A DNA stretch of 64,000 nucleotides, taken from Phoronis australis (lineage: Eukaryota > Animalia > Phoronida). Under the pieces are notes generated by a model. The model made no database searches. It was given only the letters and a program-made list of their open reading frames with translations, and was not told the DNA's origin. The stretch is taken from contig NMRA01000119.1 of the NCBI GenBank assembly GCA_002633005.1, forward strand, positions 124,001 through 188,000, written 5' to 3'. Shown here one piece after another: positions 60,901 to 64,000 of this stretch. The position numbers were made by a program, and so were the translations under genes. Every line of letters starts with the position of its first letter. Positions within the stretch are counted from its first letter, which is position 1.

Positions 60901-63503
60901 TCCTGATCACAGTGCAATCAAAGACAAATGACTTCTCCTTGATTGGTTCAGTTGTGGACCAGGTAGAAGCTCTCATCACGGAGTGGTTTCCAGGTAAGTG
61001 GACAGTGGTCATAACTGAGCTAGTACTATCCCTCATTTACTGACTATTAGGGTTTTTGGGTTTATGAAGTTTGTAATGAATTAAAAGGCTCAAGCAAGTC
61101 CTGGTAATGTCAATGTCTAATGGCCTGTACACAGTGGCTCAATGGAGAAAGCCAGCCCCAACAAGAGTTGAGCTGTGAATGGCTACTTAAAGTTTTACCA
61201 CCTAGTTAACAGCTCAATCACTACTCTCAATAAGCAGAAGTATCAGGCTAACACCCTCAAGGAGGGGTGGCGGGGGTTTTGTCACGAGTGATGGTGATCA
61301 TGCTGATTTTGAAACAACGTGGGCGATAACAATGAGAACTTCTAAATCCTGATAGTGATTATTCATCAATATTTTGTGTAATACCAGACAGTACTCGCTT
61401 GTGTTCAGAATGCTACGGAACTAGCGGAACATTCATGATAACTGTGTTGACACAGGGCATAGGGAAACCTATGACGATTCATTTATGAACTTTTTGTAGC
61501 TGTAGTACCTTATCCTGCTGTAAGTTGTCGCTGTTTGCTAGATGTTAACTTTTGGCTTGGCTTGTTTTTAAATTTTGTTAAAATTGACGTGTTTTGTTTT
61601 TGTTCGGTGTATCAGATCACAAGTACGTTATTGTGTATTTTGTTATATTTTGTTAATTTTTTATGTGTATGCTGTTTTTACTATCATGTGATTGCTTGAA
61701 TGTTCTTTCTGTTGCTTCTGTCTTAGTTTGTTGTTTGAATCTTCTATGTCTTCAACCTAGGAATGTTTGACCAGGTTGATGGTATGCATTACTGTGTTGT
61801 TCCTCAGTAGGTGGCAGTAGTGGACTCCCTGGTAGCCTGCTTTCAGCCCCCGCACAAACATTCAGGATTTAGTTTCTGCGTCTGCTTAATTTTCTGCGTG
61901 ACACAAACTGGCTCCAAGCTCTTGTCCTTCAAGTAACCATTTTCATATTTGGAAGGGAACAGAGAACTAACCACACACTCCCTGTATAATCTCCGTCTCT
62001 TTTGGCAGCGGTATTTGAAACCACATCCTTGTTTAGCTGGCTAAAAACGAAAATCAAATTAAGCATTTCACTCTCATAAAATTTGTGTCAATACTCCTCA
62101 TCCTGATAGGAATCTATTTTCGTTACCAACTCACTTGTCGCAGGTAATGCGTATTATGCACCATTTTTGAATTCACAATTTTACCATTGACCTTCCTAAA
62201 TTCAGGATGGCCATGCAACCCCAATAAACTCCTGAAACATTTTCTTGAGTCACTGGTGGTTTCGGTTGTTGGTAATGGAATTCGAATCTCATCACAGAAG
62301 CTGATTTTATGAGAGAAAAGGCTTAGTTTGATTTTTATTTTTAGTCACCTAAACAGGGTGAAATGTGAGTTATACTCAAATGGACCATTACCCAAGCAAA
62401 CCAAGTGTTGAGTGAAAGTGCAGCACAGACTTCAGACCATGCTATCCCTCCTGGTTCCTAATGCAGCTTTCTAACAAAGAATGCTACAGTCACCGTAGTA
62501 CACTAGATTGTTGTTTGTGCTTGTCAGATCCCAACGGTGCTAGATGTAACTTACATGGCAGTGGGTTGCATAAATTGTGTAAAAATGTTTTGCTAAGGTC
62601 GGCTACCAAAATGTTTCTCTTGTTCAGCATGATTTGTTCACCAATATTTGTTTTGAATAAGTCCCATGGTTCAACACGACTGGAGCCAAATGCAACTTCG
62701 TTTTTGTGTGGAATCCTCATAGACTACTGGTGTGTGTGTGTTTGTGTGTGCGTGCGTGCGTGCGTGTTGTGATAGAACAGCTCAATTGAGTGTTAGGAAC
62801 GTTCAACAAGACAGCATTATCAAGACAACTATTACTTCTCCTTTCAAGGATAGCAAATGCGTGAGAGATGGTTGTGTTGATGCCAGAAATTTTAGTCTTA
62901 TAACATCCAATTCTAGGTCTGGATGACTTCCTGCACTCAACAGGTGAGCCACTGACACTGCGCATCATTCCTTGCCCTCTGTGTGTCCGTGACAAAGTCA
63001 AGGACACGTCCGACCTAACGTTTCTACACACGGATGTGGAAGTGACTCAGTTCAGTGTGGAAAGCTGTGCCATGCAGGCGCTGAAAGCTGAAGTCATCAA
63101 CTGCCTCCACCATCCGACCTCGAGTATCCCACTCAAGGACATCATTCCTGACCTGCTATTGGCCGATTTGCCAGTCAGTCTTCTCCTCAATCCTGATCGC
63201 CTCGATTACGAACCTTCAGAGGAGAACATCCTCGGGCAAGGAGGCGAAGCGGTTGTGTTCAAGGGGCGCTACGGCAATATTCAAGTGGCCATCAAGCAGT
63301 TTCACACAGTAGCTAATCACTCGCCATTGAACACTGGCAATAGCGATCCCGAGGCTACGCAGTTTTATCCCTCCAATGACGATACGCAGACGTCGACTTT
63401 GTACGAACAGCTGGGGAAACAGGGTGAAAACAAGTACAGCACGTCAGTACAAGGTCTTGACGGATCTGCCTTTGATGTGACAGAGCACTTAAAGGCTTCT
63501 CAG
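30907..63503 (+). CDS. LRRK1-like: LRRK-family ROCO protein kinase gene (ankyrin-LRR-ROC GTPase-COR-kinase), multi-exon, 3'-incomplete in this window
   Basis: 23 exons joined with consistent phases, 4200 nt (~1400 codons). Ankyrin GSPLALACKYG; LRRs LxxLDLSxNxI; P-loop GQERIGKT; WDLAG; VIIVGSHMD; COR VPRSYLEL/FLHESGALLHF/IPTGFWSRLITRL/EWFPG; kinase LGQGGEAVVFKG..VAIK. Exact orthology is not established. Confidence 0.95.
31399..31616 (+). CDS. LRRK1-like: LRRK-like exon 2 (ankyrin repeats)
   Basis: ttacag|..LLDEAIRNGDQEAVQRIL..FLHDACRHDQEEIVLLFL..SPE|gtaagt. Confidence 0.9.
33281..33461 (+). CDS. LRRK1-like: LRRK-like exon 3 (ankyrin repeats)
   Basis: tttag|GSPLALACKYGRVRVVETLL..SPFYLATYHGHARCLQLLL|gtaagg. 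Confidence 0.93.
34981..35169 (+). CDS. LRRK1-like: LRRK-like exon 4 (ankyrin repeats)
   Basis: gttgtag|..LLYVACCGGHLVTVQFWLTDDIDVN..TPLYGACS|gtaagt. Phase 1-1. Confidence 0.92.
35858..36015 (+). CDS. LRRK1-like: LRRK-like exon 5
   Basis: tctatag|(E)QRLNVIEFLICNG..EPEKEGQEVSV|gtgagt. An alternative in-frame donor follows 36006. Confidence 0.85.
36998..37224 (+). CDS. LRRK1-like: LRRK-like exon 6 (LRR)
   Basis: aag|LHFMYWGRKG..HLSVLDLSYNRIKTL..LGELNVSHCHI|gtagga. Confidence 0.9.
37975..38435 (+). repeat. Family Y, copy 2 (intronic)
   Basis: Colinear with 3897-4392. Confidence 0.8.
40443..40536 (+). mobile_element. 3' fragment of the SINE at 30015-30236
   Basis: ttccaggtgatcagtgca..ggcctgcgcacgt.tgatac.ac.t.ta.cagaccgc is shared with the reverse complement of 30015-30110. 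Confidence 0.7.
42349..42527 (+). CDS. LRRK1-like: LRRK-like exon 7 (LRR)
   Basis: tttcag|(S)LTEIDASYNLLESVP..LVKLNLSHNALESL|gtaagg. Confidence 0.93.
42725..43010 (+). repeat. Interspersed repeat, second diverged copy at ~49140-49500
   Basis: Shared blocks ggtcacgtg.cca.gtcttttagtaa, gcaaaagtggaa and tgcataaa....gtatc.gaaagt. Confidence 0.6.
43183..43665. repeat. 16-bp minisatellite (catcactgatcacagc) running into a 208-N gap (43395-43602), followed by (CAC)n
   Basis: Directly visible. Confidence 0.95.
43701..43867 (+). CDS. LRRK1-like: LRRK-like exon 8 (LRR)
   Basis: cttcag|..WDCQELKVFDVSHNLLTQLP..LEKLYASHNRLIQL..WQCPL|gtgggt. Confidence 0.93.
44383..44518 (+). CDS. LRRK1-like: LRRK-like exon 9 (LRR)
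   Basis: ttttaaag|NYLELSHNKLVCIP..LKTVHLANNQIEEIPQSICKL|gtacgt. Confidence 0.92.
44974..45121 (+). CDS. LRRK1-like: LRRK-like exon 10 (LRR)
   Basis: ggtag|(A)SMKELALAHNKIRTLP..LERLDLSHNEL|gtatgt. Confidence 0.92.
45880..46107 (+). CDS. LRRK1-like: LRRK-like exon 11 (LRR)
   Basis: cttaaag|..LDDLDLSFNNLHVVPATVCQLTKLGRLNLSG|gtaagt. Confidence 0.92.
46610..46983. mobile_element. MITE with CAGGGCTTGGAAT TIRs and 6-bp TSD (ATATTG), copy 1
   Basis: atattg|cagggcttggaat...attccaagccctg|atattg. Confidence 0.9.
47240..47346 (+). CDS. LRRK1-like: LRRK-like exon 12 (last LRRs)
   Basis: ttttcag|NGIHRLPFELGRLSRCYELSLEGLQIQNLP|gtgggt. Confidence 0.92.
47777..47880 (+). CDS. LRRK1-like: LRRK-like exon 13 (start of ROC)
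   Basis: tttag|..SKEILIYLKSQLRQCENYNRIKLVLLGQE|gtaaca. Confidence 0.93.
48886..49017 (+). CDS. LRRK1-like: LRRK-like exon 14 (ROC P-loop, switch I)
   Basis: ttacag|RIGKTSLLSALRG..TQGVDIREW|gtatga. Confidence 0.94.
49772..49939 (+). CDS. LRRK1-like: LRRK-like exon 15 (ROC G3)
   Basis: ctgtag|..FSTWDLAGGQDYQVTNQCFLSANALYVVVWD..WLKNIQ|gtatcg. Confidence 0.94.
50661..50817 (+). CDS. LRRK1-like: LRRK-like exon 16 (ROC G4)
   Basis: gtacag|ARAPGSHVIIVGSHMD..|gtaagc. Confidence 0.94.
51734..51852 (+). CDS. LRRK1-like: LRRK-like exon 17 (ROC G5)
   Basis: ttgtag|(V)AFVSATTKTGITDLRELL..LVSRK|gtaata. Confidence 0.93.
52692..52857 (+). CDS. LRRK1-like: LRRK-like exon 18 (COR start; GC donor)
   Basis: ttacag|VPRSYLELEKLI..DSPEELEL(A)|gcaagg. 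Confidence 0.9.
54120..55064 (+). repeat. ~940-bp direct duplication, copy A (contains exon 19)
   Basis: Near-identical to 56569-57504. Confidence 0.95.
54817..54944 (+). CDS. LRRK1-like: LRRK-like exon 19, copy A (COR)
   Basis: tttcag|(A)AQFLHESGALLHFADQLRSLNTLYIIEPRWLCELLSKVVTAS|gtaagt. 128 nt. Confidence 0.85.
55072..55947 (-). mobile_element. Partial inverted copy of the 3109-4874 DNA transposon, ending at the single N (55948)
   Basis: Starts with the TIR gacccaattcacgc. Matches the reverse complement of ~4395-4874 and ~3690-3870. Confidence 0.85.
56569..57504 (+). repeat. ~940-bp direct duplication, copy B (contains exon 19)
   Basis: Near-identical to 54120-55064. Confidence 0.95.
57258..57385 (+). 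CDS. LRRK1-like: LRRK-like exon 19, copy B (COR)
   Basis: Same peptide as 54817-54944 with one synonymous change (CTG/TTG). Splice sites are intact. Confidence 0.85.
57558..57715 (+). CDS. LRRK1-like: LRRK-like exon 20 (COR)
   Basis: gtgcag|NQKHLVKNGIL..QYIQLMERFDIA|gtgggt. Confidence 0.93.
57837..58300. mobile_element. MITE with CAGGGCTTGGAAT TIRs and 6-bp TSD (ATATAT), copy 2
   Basis: atatat|cagggcttggaat...attccaagccctg|atatat. Highly similar to 46610-46983. Confidence 0.9.
59968..60189 (+). CDS. LRRK1-like: LRRK-like exon 21 (COR-B)
   Basis: ttgtag|(S)LLIPTRLPEERP..RLYKMAYIPTGFWSRLITRLL|gtaagt. Confidence 0.95.
60208..60262. repeat. (TG)n microsatellite
   Basis: Directly visible. A similar short tract lies at ~62730-62767. 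Confidence 0.85.
60758..60993 (+). CDS. LRRK1-like: LRRK-like exon 22 (COR-B)
   Basis: gtacag|..FWREGI..VVDQVEALITEWFP(G)|gtaagt. Confidence 0.95.
61761..61781 (+). CDS. LRRK1-like: Candidate 21-nt symmetric microexon (GMFDQVD) of the LRRK-like gene
   Basis: Pyrimidine-rich tract, then cctag|GAATGTTTGACCAGGTTGATG|gtatgc. Phase 1-1, in frame with the flanking exons. Confidence 0.45.
62027..62358. repeat. Degenerate foldback element (~55-bp imperfect inverted arms)
   Basis: ccttgtttagctggctaaaaacgaaaatcaaattaagc..ctctcataaaa against the reverse complement of 62305-62358. Confidence 0.7.
62917..63503 (+). CDS. LRRK1-like: LRRK-like exon 23 (COR end, kinase N-lobe)
   Basis: ttctag|(G)LDDF..IIPCPLC..IPDLLLADLP..ILGQGGEAVVFKGRYGNIQVAIKQF..KASQ|gtgagg. 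Confidence 0.95.
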
Positions 63504-64000
63504 GTGAGGTTTCTAATACACCTATGGTACTCTCCATGTTCACCATCTTCACAATTTGAATTCAAGTTCTAATGGAAACACTAGCCTTTCACATAGTTAA
63601 GAAAAAAATACATTGCAGTTGAACAGATTGTTATTTCACACTGGATAGTACGGACCTATAATAATAATGATGATGATAATGATAATAAAACTTTTTTATA
63701 GAGAATATAATACAATACATTTAAAAACATGCTTTTCCCAAACGGGCTAATATACAACATGGTCCTCTTATGGCTTAAATGAATTCTTCTGGACTTTTCC
63801 AATTTTGTATTTAGCTTCAATATCCTAAATCTTGGTGCAGGGTCACAAGAGCTTTCTATCCACTCGCAGTATAGAAGGATTGGCAGCTGCCACTATTCCC
63901 AAACAAAGTAGTAAGATCTATCACAGAATTTACTGAACAAAAATATTTTAAAAACAAATGTGCTAACTAACACACACATACAATTAACTCCGATCATAGA

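Overview
Eukaryotic, AT-rich, intron- and repeat-rich DNA, most consistent with a (probably marine) invertebrate. The window holds one 208-N gap and one single N. The right half (30.9-63.5 kb, + strand) carries a multi-exon LRRK/ROCO kinase gene (ANK-LRR-ROC-COR-kinase). I traced 23 phase-consistent coding exons (~1400 codons) by hand, and the gene runs off the right edge. Its notable points are a GC-AG intron, a candidate 21-nt microexon and a duplicated COR exon that may be a haplotype assembly artefact. The left part has minus-strand thrombospondin type-1 (TSP1) exons, two of which arose by tandem duplication, and a decayed multi-exon gene resembling PKD/REJ proteins. Transposable-element remnants include nested Penelope-like fragments, a BEL/Pao LTR element with a tRNA-His PBS, a CR1/L2-group LINE, a tRNA-headed SINE and several non-autonomous DNA elements. 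A minimal Penelope-type hammerhead ribozyme motif sits inside a 42-bp inverted repeat near the putative LRRK promoter. I see no CRISPR array or prokaryotic system. All alignments were made by eye and no database searches were run.
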